Of a stretch of 64,000 bases of DNA, positions 63,560 to 64,000 are shown in pieces. The notes beneath the pieces are model-generated. The model searched no databases, was not told where the DNA came from, and was given only the letters and a program-made list of their open reading frames with translations. A program made the translations under genes and the position numbers. Position 1 is the stretch's first letter. Each line of letters opens with the position of its first letter. Origin of the DNA: an uncultured Porphyromonadaceae bacterium (GTDB lineage: Bacteria > Bacteroidota > Bacteroidia > Bacteroidales > Muribaculaceae); NCBI GenBank assembly GCA_947175295.1, contig CAMWMK010000002.1, forward strand, positions 11,290 to 75,289, given 5' to 3'.

Positions 63560-64000
<441 letters not shown>

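Overview
The window looks like a Bacteroidales chromosome segment. Supporting signs are SusC/SusD pairs, TAnnTTTG promoters, type V pilins and T9SS C-terminal sorting domains. Gene content runs left to right as follows. (1) 1-15.2 kb is an alpha-mannan-type polysaccharide utilisation locus: HTCS regulator, GH125, EEP-family protein, CarbopepD-like lipoprotein, GH76, SusC, SusD, DUF3823, and an internally shortened mannose-6-phosphate isomerase. (2) 15.3-21.1 kb is a three-gene RND efflux operon. (3) 21.4-31.9 kb holds housekeeping genes (ansA, S9 peptidase, ribBA, rsmD, DUF3822, MATE, ispE) plus a small BspA-like LRR protein. (4) 32.1-50.1 kb is an 18-kb minus-strand type V (Mfa-like) pilus operon. 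Its gene order is six-repeat HTH protein, DUF3575, DUF3868/OmpA-like, Mfa1-like major pilin, Mfa2-like anchor, two accessory pilins, a 2531-aa T9SS-sorted giant protein and a DUF1573 protein. (5) 50.8-52.6 kb is a T9SS-sorted LRR protein preceded by a long structured leader. (6) 53.3-64 kb carries nuoI-J-K-L-M-N placed directly behind atpB-E-F-H-A-G on the minus strand. The most interesting signal is a 272-bp AT-rich segment (50199-50470) flanked by perfect 30-bp inverted repeats. It carries a consensus Bacteroidetes promoter that currently points away from the pilus operon, so it is a candidate phase-variable inverton in the OFF state, and no recombinase gene is present in the window. I saw no rRNA, tRNA, CRISPR array, transposase or integrase. 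All family calls come from reading the translated ORFs and recognising motifs; no database search was possible.
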